DNA of 63,270 nt, counting the filler, from Rhabdomonas costata (Eukaryota): NCBI GenBank assembly GCA_019059605.1. It is 54 parts of 54 records of this genome, joined end to end, with 100 filler letters (N's around TTAATTAATTAA, not from the genome) between each part and the next. Parts side by side here need not be neighbours in the genome. Positions count along the whole stretch, not along the records: positions 10,567 to 11,640 come from JAHMHO010029989.1; positions 11,741 to 12,814 come from JAHMHO010029990.1; positions 12,915 to 13,988 come from JAHMHO010029991.1; positions 14,089 to 15,162 come from JAHMHO010029992.1; positions 15,263 to 16,336 come from JAHMHO010029993.1; positions 16,437 to 17,518 come from JAHMHO010029994.1; positions 17,619 to 18,692 come from JAHMHO010029995.1; positions 18,793 to 19,866 come from JAHMHO010029996.1; 46 more parts are not named here. One strand, given 5' to 3'. The notes under the pieces are model-generated. The model worked only from the letters and a program-made list of their open reading frames with translations, was not told where the DNA came from and made no database searches. How positions within the stretch are numbered: position 1 is the first letter of the stretch; every line of letters starts with the position of its first letter. Of this stretch, positions 10,784 to 22,214 are shown in pieces. The position numbers were made by a program, and so were the translations under genes.

Positions 10784-13346
10784 GTCTTGTGCATTTGGGC
10801 ATTTGGGCGGGTGGGGAAGGTGGCAACGGTTTCTCGAGTTTGCCCCGGCTCATCTGCTAAATTTTGGCAGCTTCCGGTTGACACTTGTTGGAGTGTTGGA
10901 GCGGACACTTGTTTCAAGTTCCTAGCCTTTGGTCAGCCATTTACGGGCAGGGAGCTGATGATGTCAATGTGTTTTTGGGGCTTCGTAGATGGAGAACCAA
11001 CAAATATCACTCTCCCATTTTGGACCCATTCGCAACCGGACTAACACCCGTCCTCGCCAGCTCACACTCAAGCGCATCCACTTCGCAAGGAAAAAGGGGG
11101 GAGTCTCTGCACAAACCCACGCATCTGAATGGTTGGCTTTTTGTGTTCATTTATAAAATTTCTTGATCGTTTTCCAGAGGTTTGGCTTGGAGAAGGGAGC
11201 ACTGCACTATGGGAATAGAAGCACCCATGTGGGATCGACAAAATCGAATTGCGTGCGGAAAAGGCACCGCGAGTTGAGCGAGATGTAGCCACTGCACACC
11301 CATGCACCCATCAGTTGGAGAGCATGTGTGATGCCCATGTGCAACGCGAACAGCTCTGCAGCACAATGACCCGAGAACCCGTGAGAGGTGGAGGCAGCGT
11401 GCAGCGAGGAAATGTAAAACGGGGGGGGGGGCTGCTTTTTGGTGTGGAAACGATGGGAATGGGATGCTGTGTAGGAATGGTTCATGGCCACTCGTTGCCT
11501 GATGGTTTACTTTGCTACAGAAATGGCACCGCGGGGGAGAGCTACCCTCCGCCTGCCTTCCCCGCTCGGGGCACTGTGTAGTTCGACTTACCTCGCAATG
11601 CCTTGCGCCAACCCCTTCCCCCACACCCCAAACACACCAANNNNNNNNNNNNNNNNNNNNNNNNNNNNNNNNNNNNNNNNNNNNTTAATTAATTAANNNN
11701 NNNNNNNNNNNNNNNNNNNNNNNNNNNNNNNNNNNNNNNNTGAGACACAAGGCGACCAACCATCAAGGAGAATGAAGGTCGTTTTAATGTCCGAAATGGC
11801 ATGAAAATTTCGCGTGCCATGAAGGAAAACCAAGTCATTGCGTAACTTTTTCAGTGCGCCGTTGGCGAAGATACCTATTCCCACCCACCCAGCAAAAATT
11901 CCACTGCAGACTTTTTTTCACAGGAAATATCGCTTGGAAGGGTAACACGCCTCCTTTAGATACCATCTCAAAAACTCTCACTTTTAAAGTGCCGGAAGTA
12001 TATTTGCCCAGCGTATGTGCGCAATGACTGAGAGAACCGATCGGCTGAGCTCGGTTGCCCACCCCAAAACAAATTGGCAGGAGAAGGGGAAGGAAAGAAT
12101 GACATCGGGGAGTGATGAGGAGGATAGCAGACCTAGAGTGACGTCGTGCAGTAGCACCCGCAGGGTCTTTGGGCCACCCGTGAACATGGAGCTGCTTGCG
12201 GTGAGAACGATGGAGATGCTCTTAAGGGTGCCAGTGGTCCGCAGGGGAATAAGGAGCTGTAAAAATCCATAATATGATAGGAGGAGGAGGAAAGAAGCCC
12301 AGAAAGAAGGAATACGGAAGGGAAGTCATATCTCACGTCAGTTCAACGTATTCTTCATATGGATCCAGCACCAAGGCCAATAAACAATGAGCCCTGAGCC
12401 TTCCACACAAACTTTGGTACGCTGGCAAACCAGGACCCAAAACCGTTTTTGTAATACACGAAAAGGAATAGGGATCTGCCCATTTTCACGCCAACCTCCA
12501 TTCCCCACACAAGCGATGCAGCACGCGGCATTCCGGACTTATAACCAGGCCAAACGGTTGTCAATTTGCAATCTTATGTTAAGCTTGTCAGCGAAAGTTC
12601 TGAAGAGTTTGGGAACACAGACGCGAAGCGAAAACCTCCCACGGGTTTTGGTAGGTCACGGGAAAGATAACGTGCTCCGGCCACTGCGCCACCACACAGG
12701 ATTGCGTGGCCGTGGCTCCGTCCCCGAAGATGTCACAGTTTCCGGTGGAGAACAGCGCAAAGGGGCTGCCGCGGACAGCAACGGACCCTGAAAAAAAGTC
12801 CCCCCCACCCCACCNNNNNNNNNNNNNNNNNNNNNNNNNNNNNNNNNNNNNNNNNNNNTTAATTAATTAANNNNNNNNNNNNNNNNNNNNNNNNNNNNNN
12901 NNNNNNNNNNNNNNCGCTAGCAAATGCGCTCAGTGCGTTGGTGCTTCGAACCGTGATTATGACCTTCAGACACCCAGCTGGAGCTTCCTTTGCGGGGCAG
13001 GACGAAGTGAGGTGGGAGCGTGTACAGTCTACGATGTCCGTCCTCCGGACACAGCCGTGACAGGCTTCTATATAAAGAGAGCATGTGCTGGGCTTCAGTG
13101 TGAAAGAGAAGGGGCCCTCGCAGACCGCAGACCTGTGGTTGGGACGGGGAGAGAACAGCAAGCAAGAGGGAACAACAGTGAGGACACCACTTCACGGCCA
13201 CTGTACAGCGCCCTTGCCTATTGTGCCTGTCGATGAAACCCTTGCTAGAAGAACACACATCACGGTGACATGGGGGGAGGAAAAGGGACGCATGACAGAG
13301 AGATGGAGAATGCCAACGATGCTCATGGACGTGCAAGGTCCTCTGC

Positions 13347-13751
13347 TTAGTCCACGCTGCATAGCAGGGCGACCCCTCGGAGGATCCAGTGGTGGGGCTC
13401 CTCCTCGCAGTTCAGATCGACGTCGAAGATCCAGTTGATGTCATTCCGGGTGGGGTACTTGTAACACGGGCAACGGAACTTGTTCATTGCTCCCTTCTGC
13501 TTCTGCGGGCGGTGGCCCGCCTCCTGCCCAGTGACGTGCAGGATGGGTAGCTCTCGGAACATCTCCTTTGGCGCGGCCTCCTTCACCTTGACGCGGTTCT
13601 TGTCCCAGCTGCAACCCTCCAGGAACAACCCGTAGATGTAAACACCTTCCACGGCGGCGCGGTCGCACTCGTGCTTTTCCATCTTCATCACGTCTGTCTT
13701 TGTCTCCATCTCGTCCAGAGACCAGTTGTCACGGGAATGCGCTCGGCACAC
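13347..13751 (-). CDS. Dynein heavy chain (axonemal type), final exon
   Basis: EGVYIYGLFLEGCSWD...PKEMFRELP...CPCYKYPTR...HWILRGVALLC then TAA; CCCAG acceptor. Confidence 0.95.
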   Translation of the reverse strand: MCRAHSRDNWSLDEMETKTDVMKMEKHECDRAAVEGVYIYGLFLEGCSWDKNRVKVKEAAPKEMFRELPILHVTGQEAGHRPQKQKGAMNKFRCPCYKYPTRNDINWIFDVDLNCEEEPHHWILRGVALLCSVD

Positions 13752-14129
13752 CTGGGAGAAAAGCACCCGAGCTAAAAAATGACGAAGCGAAAACTTCTTG
13801 TGCCTTCATTACCTGCTGTCATTTGAACCATTGCAGATCCAAAAACAACCACGAAAAGCGCCAGAGCATAAAAAGTAACTGCGCGAAGGAGCATGTTCAT
13901 CGTAACTCTGTGTCAACCAAATCCATGAAGACGAGCATGCTCTGAGGGGCAATACCGGAAAGCAAAGCACACACATGCACACACACAANNNNNNNNNNNN
14001 NNNNNNNNNNNNNNNNNNNNNNNNNNNNNNNNTTAATTAATTAANNNNNNNNNNNNNNNNNNNNNNNNNNNNNNNNNNNNNNNNNNNNGCTACCCTCTTC
14101 CTCCCCTCTTCCCTCTGTGGGTGTGCCGG

Positions 14130-15081
14130 GAGCCCCTCCGCGGCGGCTGGTGGTGTGGTCGCGGATTGACCAGAAGACCTGCCTGAAGTGCATCTCCACG
14201 GCGGGGCTGAGCCCTGTGGTGGTGGGGCTGGTGCGGCGCGGTGACGCCCTGCACACCAACCTCCAGGAAATTGAGCGCATCTTGCAAAGTGCGTTGCCGG
14301 CCACACTCCTCGTCCCTTGACCCTCATGCAAGCAGTCGCGCACGTGAACTTGACAGACACGCGCGCGCGCACACACACACAACTAACAGATTTGAACTTG
14401 TGTTTGCACTTGCCTTGCGATCCTTCTTGCAAGTGCCTTGGATTCAGAGGAGGGATAATTGCCGGGTTGAAGGGCGTTAAACGTTTAGCAGCGCCAAACG
14501 TTTTTGGCTTTTGCGGATTTTAGAATTGCCGTTGCTGGGCTATGAAAAACAGCGTATTTGTGGGCAAAGGCCAGTTTACGGCGCGGCCATAGTGGGTAGC
14601 CGGGTTGGGTAAGGCAATGTGGTGAGCGATGCCCCGCTTCACACTGCTGAGCAACGAAACCGTGATTTGCCACTTAGGCGATTTCTCGATGTGTTCTTAG
14701 GACGCCCCCTAAACAGAGCATTTTAATGGACATCGCCCCACGTAAGTAGAGCATTTTAGTTTAGTGGAGATTTGAACAAGGGAGTTGGTCACCCTACCCT
14801 CCCAAAAAAAATGCAATTGACACTGGAGCAGGAGTTATGTATGTCGAGGGGGGGGGGTTCTCGCGTGCTTGGACACCGGTTGTGTGACCGGTCAATGATT
14901 TCCAACCACATATACAAAAGTGCAAGCGGCGGAAGTGGTGTGCGTACTGACCACAACGTCGTGCTTCGCCCCGCGGAGCCCGGATGACGTCCTCGCGGTG
15001 TCCCGGCTTTGCCAGAGATACGGTGTGGCCCATGTCATCAACAACGCCTATGGTGTTCAAAGTGAGCAGCTGATGAAGTCG
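14130..15081 (+). CDS. SEPSECS: O-phosphoseryl-tRNA(Sec) selenium transferase, exons to 14288 and 14921-15081
   Basis: VVWSRIDQKTCLK...GDALHTNL and TTSCFAPRSPD...HVINNAYGVQS are SepSecS hallmarks; intron 14289-14920 (GTGCGT...AAAG) in phase. Confidence 0.95.
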
Positions 15082-15485
15082 GTGTGTGTGAATTCATGCC
15101 ACGCACGCCGCCAGCTGCGAGGCAGTGGAACACTTTGGACCATCACATAAAAACATCCCCCTNNNNNNNNNNNNNNNNNNNNNNNNNNNNNNNNNNNNNN
15201 NNNNNNTTAATTAATTAANNNNNNNNNNNNNNNNNNNNNNNNNNNNNNNNNNNNNNNNNNNNATGTTTTGGGTATAAACCGGTGCTCCGAAGGCCCGGTG
15301 TTCACATCAACGAAGTTCGTTTTTCAAAAGACAATGGCGAACGCTCAAACATTCGAACATTCAAAACAAACCCCGGAAAAAAGAAGTCATCATTCAGACA
15401 TAACGATTGCATTCTGCCAAAAATCTGGTCCACCAGATTTCCATAATGATCCTCCCGAATATTCACCTTCCCAGCCCTGCATATA

Positions 15486-15967
15486 CCCTCCTGTTGACAT
15501 TCGTGTACACGAGAGAGGAGGGAGTTCAACGCAGTCTTTGCATCTCTCGCAGAATTGTGAGTACCGCTGTACAGTTGTGTGTTTGTTTGCTCCACAATGG
15601 ACACTGAGACCCCGTTTGTGTGGCTTGCTCTGTGCTACACCAAATCACTAACGTCCTTTTTGCACTCCTTTCTCCTTTCTTCATAAGTGTCTCAGCGTGC
15701 TAAATAAAATGTAGCAGTTTCGTTTTTTTTGACTTTGTGTTTTATGGCAGTAAAGGAGATAGAAAGAAGCCAGCCGGCAACGTGACCATATCCCTCCTGT
15801 TGACATTCATGCACACGAGAGAGGAGAGGGAGTTCAACCCAGTATGAAAAAAAGGACAAAAGGAGTGTAAAAAGGACGTTAGTCGTATGGCGGGTGTCAG
15901 TTTCGATTGTGAACAAACAAAAACACAATTGTACAGCGGTGCTCGCAATTCTGCAAGAAATGCAAAG
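15486..15967. mobile_element. Two diverged, oppositely oriented copies of a putative MITE
   Basis: Unit A at 15486-15530 and 15792-15838 is a direct repeat; it is followed by segment B forward (15536-15685) and B reverse-complemented (15843-15967). Confidence 0.55.
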
Positions 15968-16608
15968 TGTGTTCGTTTGATAGAACTTTAATTTACTGTA
16001 ATGCAGCTGTAGTGCAGCTGTGCAGGTCAATAAACCGTTTGTAAAACGTTTAGGCTATAGCGCAGACGTCTGCCAATGAACTTGATACTAATTTGTAACA
16101 AATAGAATTGACGTTTCACATGGATTCTGTCAATGTACTTTCTTTCTCGAGAACGGCGCAACCCTTCCCCTGTTCAGTGATATCAATGTACTTTCATCTT
16201 AAAATCTGAGGCGTAATGAAAGGACAATTTGTATTAAACGGACCAGCTGGCATTGTGTTTGTGATGGAAAAATAGTCGAAAGGAAAACGTCCAGAAACAA
16301 GTGCATCAGTTACCGAGAAAACACAACCCACAACCCNNNNNNNNNNNNNNNNNNNNNNNNNNNNNNNNNNNNNNNNNNNNTTAATTAATTAANNNNNNNN
16401 NNNNNNNNNNNNNNNNNNNNNNNNNNNNNNNNNNNNTTTGTGTGGGGTCGAAAATGGGGCCTTCCGGGTGAAAAAATCGGCCCTCCGGAAATCGACCCAA
16501 CATCATGTTTTTGAGGGACTCTCCACCTCTAACACATCGCTGGTCGCTGAGCGTCAGGTGCAACGCGTCGCAGTCCCCTATTTTATCTTCCTTAAAGGGT
16601 GCCTTGCA

Positions 16609-16609
16609 G

Positions 16610-16662
<53 letters not shown>
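16609..16662 (+). repeat. (GTT)n microsatellite
   Basis: About 18 units seen directly. Confidence 0.97.
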
Positions 16663-16663
<1 letters not shown>

Positions 16664-16734
16664 TGCCTTTTGTCCGGTCAGAAGATGTGATTATTGTGAG
16701 GATGGGCAACATGTGTTCGTGGATTCCTCTCCAG

Positions 16735-16843
16735 GCTGAGTGCCAAAATTGTGGAGGTGGGCTTCAAGAGGATCTGGGCCAGTGGGCTCTCCATCTCCGC
16801 CTCCACGGGTTACCGTGACAACAACGAGCTGAGCTACACTCAG
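16735..16843 (+). CDS. pepM: Phosphoenolpyruvate phosphomutase exon
   Basis: CCAG|[37 protein letters not shown]|GT matches the PEP mutase N-terminal pattern GLSA.IVEE.GF..IW.SGLS.SA..G.RD.NE.SWTQ. Confidence 0.85.
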
Positions 16844-19800
16844 GTTGATGCTTCCGAGTGTGCGAGCCTGCCGCACGTGCCCAATCGGTCCCTTTTCAAA
16901 ATGGGGCCGCACTTTTGCTCACTGAAAGCAACGAGCAGCGTAGAAACTATGGCTCTTGTTTACGATTGCTTCGGCACCCAAGCCACAAAGGATGCGCTGC
17001 GTCTCCAAGGTCGGGCCGCTGTGCTGAGCCTGCAATGAAGCTGTCCTGCGTAGTGAGAGAGGGCTTTTCCGTACGACGAAACCGGATTTTCCTACCAGGC
17101 TTCGCAGTAATTCGAGAGTTTGCAACGTTGCGTATTCATGAACAGACAGCATATGCTACTAATGCCCAGCAGCGTACATACACAACGAAAAAATTCAGTT
17201 CGAAACGCTGCGGACTAAGTTCAACTAATATTCGGGGTTTAACTAGCTTCATTTTCCATTCCATGCTTGCGTTCAAATCGCAGAACATCGCACCTCCACG
17301 TTGGGAACCCAAATGATCCTCCAGCTGTATCCCCACTCCAGCATCCGCGCACTGCATTGGTCGGTGGTGAGGGAATGTCCCCAAAAGTCTGGCGAATGCC
17401 TTCCATGGCCCCTGCACTGACCTACAAAGGAAAGCACATGACGAGATGACGAGGTAAAGGGACAGCAGCTCTGATTTCACAGACACATCAGCCTAGTCGC
17501 TGAAAAATGAAAAATCGCNNNNNNNNNNNNNNNNNNNNNNNNNNNNNNNNNNNNNNNNNNNNTTAATTAATTAANNNNNNNNNNNNNNNNNNNNNNNNNN
17601 NNNNNNNNNNNNNNNNNNTGTGGGGTGGAGTGTGCGGTGAGAAGACACACGCGCTGGGCGCACAAGGCATGCGTGTAGATAATAATGTCTCATGTTTCAT
17701 GTTACTCTCAGGTTTCTCCCGCTTTGTCGCCGGTCCTCGGGAGACGGATCACCCCTTAGCGCTGGGTGCAGGTCCTTGGGACTCCTCGATGACGGAGGGA
17801 CTCGCTGCGCTCGCTCGCTCCTGGTCTCTCTTTGACTCTTCAGCTCTCTTCGTCTCTTCTGCCTCGGATCCCAAGCCATCTTCTGACCGCAGGAATGCGG
17901 CAACCCTTCAAGCGGCCCTGGTGCATTTCGCTGCGAGATGGAACTTCGGGACCGTCAACAGGGAATGCAGAGCCATTCACAGACATTCTCTCAGGTCTTC
18001 CATTTGTTTGGATGAGGGGACGGCTGTGCTGTTCTGCTGTGCTGTTCTCCGGATTTTCCTGTTGCCACAGCTAAGTGATCCAGAACACGCGCGTGCATTT
18101 TTGCGGCGTCAAGCGGTGCTGCCGGGCTGCCCTTGTGAATTGCGTGTGGGCACGGGCTGCAGGCTGTCGTGAGGTGCATAAGCTGATTGGTAGTCACAGG
18201 GTGCTCATCCCCAAATTCTCTGTCAAATGGGTGCCGCAGGGTACCCTGGACAAGGATAAACTTTCACCCCGCCCCCCTGGTTGAAGTGGCCGAAACACAG
18301 AGCCCCTTTCTCGAGAGCCATCATGCGTATTTGCTCAAGTCTTCCAAAAGACACCCGTATACATGCTGGTACATGGAGGTGCAGTGACCAAGTGACCTTG
18401 GCGATCTGGAAGTGATCGTCACTACGGTAAGTTCGGTTTCCCATGGATGCAGGAAAACAAGGCATGCCAGCGACACGGATAACATACACATGCACATGCA
18501 CACACAAACCGGGGAGCCCATGGAACGGGCCGGAGATATGGGGCCGCCGCCGAAGGAGGACAGGGCCGGAGTGGCAGCCCGCAGCTGATGCCGCAGCCGG
18601 TGCACCTCGGCCTCGCTGTCCTCCAACCGGGCCTGCCCCCACACCCACCAACGCCACCAGAAAAGAGCAAAAGGGGTGCAGAACCCACAACANNNNNNNN
18701 NNNNNNNNNNNNNNNNNNNNNNNNNNNNNNNNNNNNTTAATTAATTAANNNNNNNNNNNNNNNNNNNNNNNNNNNNNNNNNNNNNNNNNNNNGGGGGTTG
18801 GTCGTCAAGTGAGGTTGGGTTGCCAGAGCAAAATATGACACTCAATGAGGGCAAGGGGAACTATGGTGGAGGCTAAATAATGTGGCCCCTTTTGTTTTGA
18901 TATCTGGCAGGGGTCACGCTCCCTTATTTTCCTTGGTGACCACCCGATTGCAGAGCAAAGCCAAAAAAAAATACTTCTCCACCACTCATACGTTTGTTTT
19001 TAGTCTTGTGAATGGTCTCGAAGCCCGCCTTATTTAAAATAAGTCATCCATCAGTGTGGCCCCGTCCCCCCACACCTATCCTGGCTCAGCAATCCTCTTG
19101 ACCGGCCTTTGATTTTCCACAGCATCTTCACGAGTCGGGGAGCGGCAAGTTTGAGCTCAGCAAAAGGTCGTGTTAGCCAGTCGAGGATCGCCCTGAGCGC
19201 TCCACCCAACTGCATGAAAAAAAGTGCAAACCTTCGAAAGAGTGCGGTTTTCGATTATATCCCGACATGTCGCGGAAAAAAAAAGAAAAGCGAAAAAGGA
19301 ACAAATCCAAAATCAAAAACGGCTGTGCTGTTGAGAATGGTGATACAAAGTCAAGGTGTACTTGAAAGAGCAGCGGACATCGGTTCCAAAACCCAAGGCG
19401 AATACTCACCAACTAATATAAAATGAGGACATCAGGGGCAGCCAACGATGCACTTCACCGGAAACGCCCACAGTGTTGGGAAATGGGACGCGGAATCCCC
19501 CAGAAATTGGACTGGTGAGCATGGGGGCAACCGCTCCCTCAACGGGCAGCCAATTGCACCAACAAAGACATTTTTCCTGCCATGGGAATAGGGATTGCAG
19601 AAAAAGAACGGGATCAACGTGTGGGTCAGTGCAGCAGCCCCCAGAACCAAAAGACAACACCACGTGTGGGGGAGTGGGAAGGGCTGATGGTGAGGGGGGT
19701 GGGAGTGTGCAGGTAGGTTGTCGAGCAAGTCGACTACGCGTGAAAACGGCGACGGAAGGAAACCGCCGAAAAGAAAAAACAGCAAATGAAGGGAAAGACA

Positions 19801-19966
19801 GTCAACCAGGGAATCACTCTAACAAACAGAAGCAGAACAAGAAAAACAAACCGGAGGAGAAAGAAANNNNNNNNNNNNNNNNNNNNNNNNNNNNNNNNNN
19901 NNNNNNNNNNTTAATTAATTAANNNNNNNNNNNNNNNNNNNNNNNNNNNNNNNNNNNNNNNNNNNN

Positions 19967-21040
19967 GGTGTTGGGGCCGTGGCGATATTCTTTCTAAGCG
20001 CATACATGGAGGAGCTGGAGTGTCTGGTGCCTCCCACGGAGTTCATACTGCTGGACGCGCTTCCAGTTTCGATCCTTCGAATGATGGGGGTGCAGGGTTC
20101 GGTGATGCTTCTGGAGGATCCTAAGGTGTGGCCAAATGGTAAGTTTGTTGTGATGTCTCTGGAATCGCGTCTGCGTCTGCCATAAATAGGGCTGCCCGGG
20201 CTGCCCTGCACGGCTGCCCAGAGTGAATCTCATGCTCCCTAGCTGCAACAAGAAAGGCGTCAAATGACAGTCAACATGTCAGCTTAGGAATTCTGAAGGT
20301 GTAATGGAGGAGGTTGGGAATGAGCATTGCACTTGCACTTGCATTTGTGTAGCTATATGTTCGGTTGAGCGTGGACGAAGGAACCTAAACCCGCCGTGTG
20401 TCACCACTTCATGTTGATATGTTGATGATGTTCATGGTAATCTTTCACTGATGATATTTCTTTCAGGCTTGCTTGCGGCCGGTGCAGCGGGAGAGGAATA
20501 TCAGGCTGGAACTGCAACCTCCGCAAAACCAAGTTTGGGCTGAAACGCGAACAATGGGGTTTGGAGTTCCAGTTGGTCACCTGTTTGTGCTCAGATGGCG
20601 ACCCCAGCATGCTCTCAGCGAGGCCTGGCCTCGAAGCTCTTCCTGCAGCGGAAGTTGGGCTTCCTGTTTGAACCCCTGCGGGAGAAGTACGTCCCGGTCA
20701 GTGCGACTGTGGACCGCCAGCACCAAGCTCCCTCCTATGCACTGTTGCAGAAGCTCACTGAGAGTGTTCATCAGACTCCTCGCAGTGGTGACGGGCGAAT
20801 CCCCACCGACCTTTTGCTGTCGTCTGGGGGTATGGGCAAGACTTCCACGGGGTTGCTGCTACAACACAACTTTCTTGAGGCTCAGCAAGGGATCTTTGTG
20901 ATCTTCGTGTCCCTACCTTTGGCGGGCCAGGAATTGTGTGCTCCGGAGGGGAGCGGCTTAACAAAGTTCCTGGAAAGCACGATGTGCTTAGGCAAACCCG
21001 ACTTTACGGAAGCGGAGGAGAGCAGCGTGGTGGTGGTGCT
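19967..21040 (+). CDS. NACHT/STAND NTPase fragment (putative exons to 20125, 20467-20532, 20595-end)
   Basis: EKYVPV upstream motif, Walker A LLSSGGMGKTST, following strand FVIFVSLP, and hydrophobic VVVV at the Walker B position just before the contig ends. Confidence 0.7.
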
Positions 21041-22021
21041 NNNNNNNNNNNNNNNNNNNNNNNNNNNNNNNNNNNNNNNNNNNNTTAATTAATTAANNNN
21101 NNNNNNNNNNNNNNNNNNNNNNNNNNNNNNNNNNNNNNNNCCCCAAGAGTGGAGATGGACGGCCTCGAGGAGCAAGGATGTGGGGATAGTATCCCAGTTT
21201 CATAGTTACCGGAGGCGGCGCAGCTCATTATAAAGGCACAAAGAGAAATAACTGTGTGGTCGACATTGGGCGAGGGGAGTGGTAAGGCAATGAGCTGACT
21301 GCAGATGAGGAGTCACGTGAAAGGGTGAAAGGAAACGTGAAAAACGGGAAAACGAAGGAGTGAGAGCAGCCCATTGCCTTGTGGGGTGCCAACCAATGAA
21401 ACCAGAGCAACATGGAAAGGGCACCGGGGAAGGAGACACAAAGACACAGTGGGAAGGTATTTGGACAGTAACTGCTAAGGTGTGTATCAGGACGCCGAAA
21501 ACAGGAAGAATGGCAACTCTTCCTGGTCTCAGCGACCCCACGGGCTGAGCCAACTCTGTCATCCAAGAGATCTGCACCCGCCTGTGCATCCATCGCCACC
21601 AGCAGCCAGAATTTCAAGAAATCACTGCTGACGGAAGCGCAGGAATTGCTGAAGAGAATTGCTCGTAGCATTTTTGAAAACCTTCACCACGTACGTTGTC
21701 CAGCTTCGATGCATTTACGTCGCAGCGTCCTTCCCCTTTCCCTCCACCACAACCAATGCAATTCCGAAGTAGGGCGAAGACAAGCTGCTCATGCCAGCGT
21801 ACCACTAGCGTACCATTCCATGAGGTACACACTCACATGCTACCACATTACCATTACAAAGGGCAGGCCAAGCCACGCCCATCACACGGACGCACTGCTG
21901 TACAATTCCCACCACCGGCGCTCCGACACTGACGCCTGCGAAGCCAGGAGTCGCTCCTGGGGACCTCAGGAAGGGTACGAGAAGTCGGACATGTCTGGCC
22001 GAATGTTCCAGAAAAGGTGGG

Positions 22022-22214
22022 TCAGGGAGCCCTTTTACCTGTGTCTGATGCACTTATGCTCTTCTGCGGCAGCGCAAGGGGTCCAGAGGTTCTCTGCTTC
22101 AGCAGCTCCTCCACCGCTGTGTGGCCTTTCCTCTGCGCCCACTCTTCCGCATCCGCCCCTTCCCATTTCACCGTCAGGTTAGCGCCGTAGTCCCTCAGCA
22201 TACGCACAACCACA
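22022..22214 (-). CDS. Ankyrin-repeat protein C-terminus
   Basis: VVRMLRDYGANLTVKWEGADAEEWAQRKGHTAVEELL; clear paralogue of the C-terminus at 52150-52306. Confidence 0.85.
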
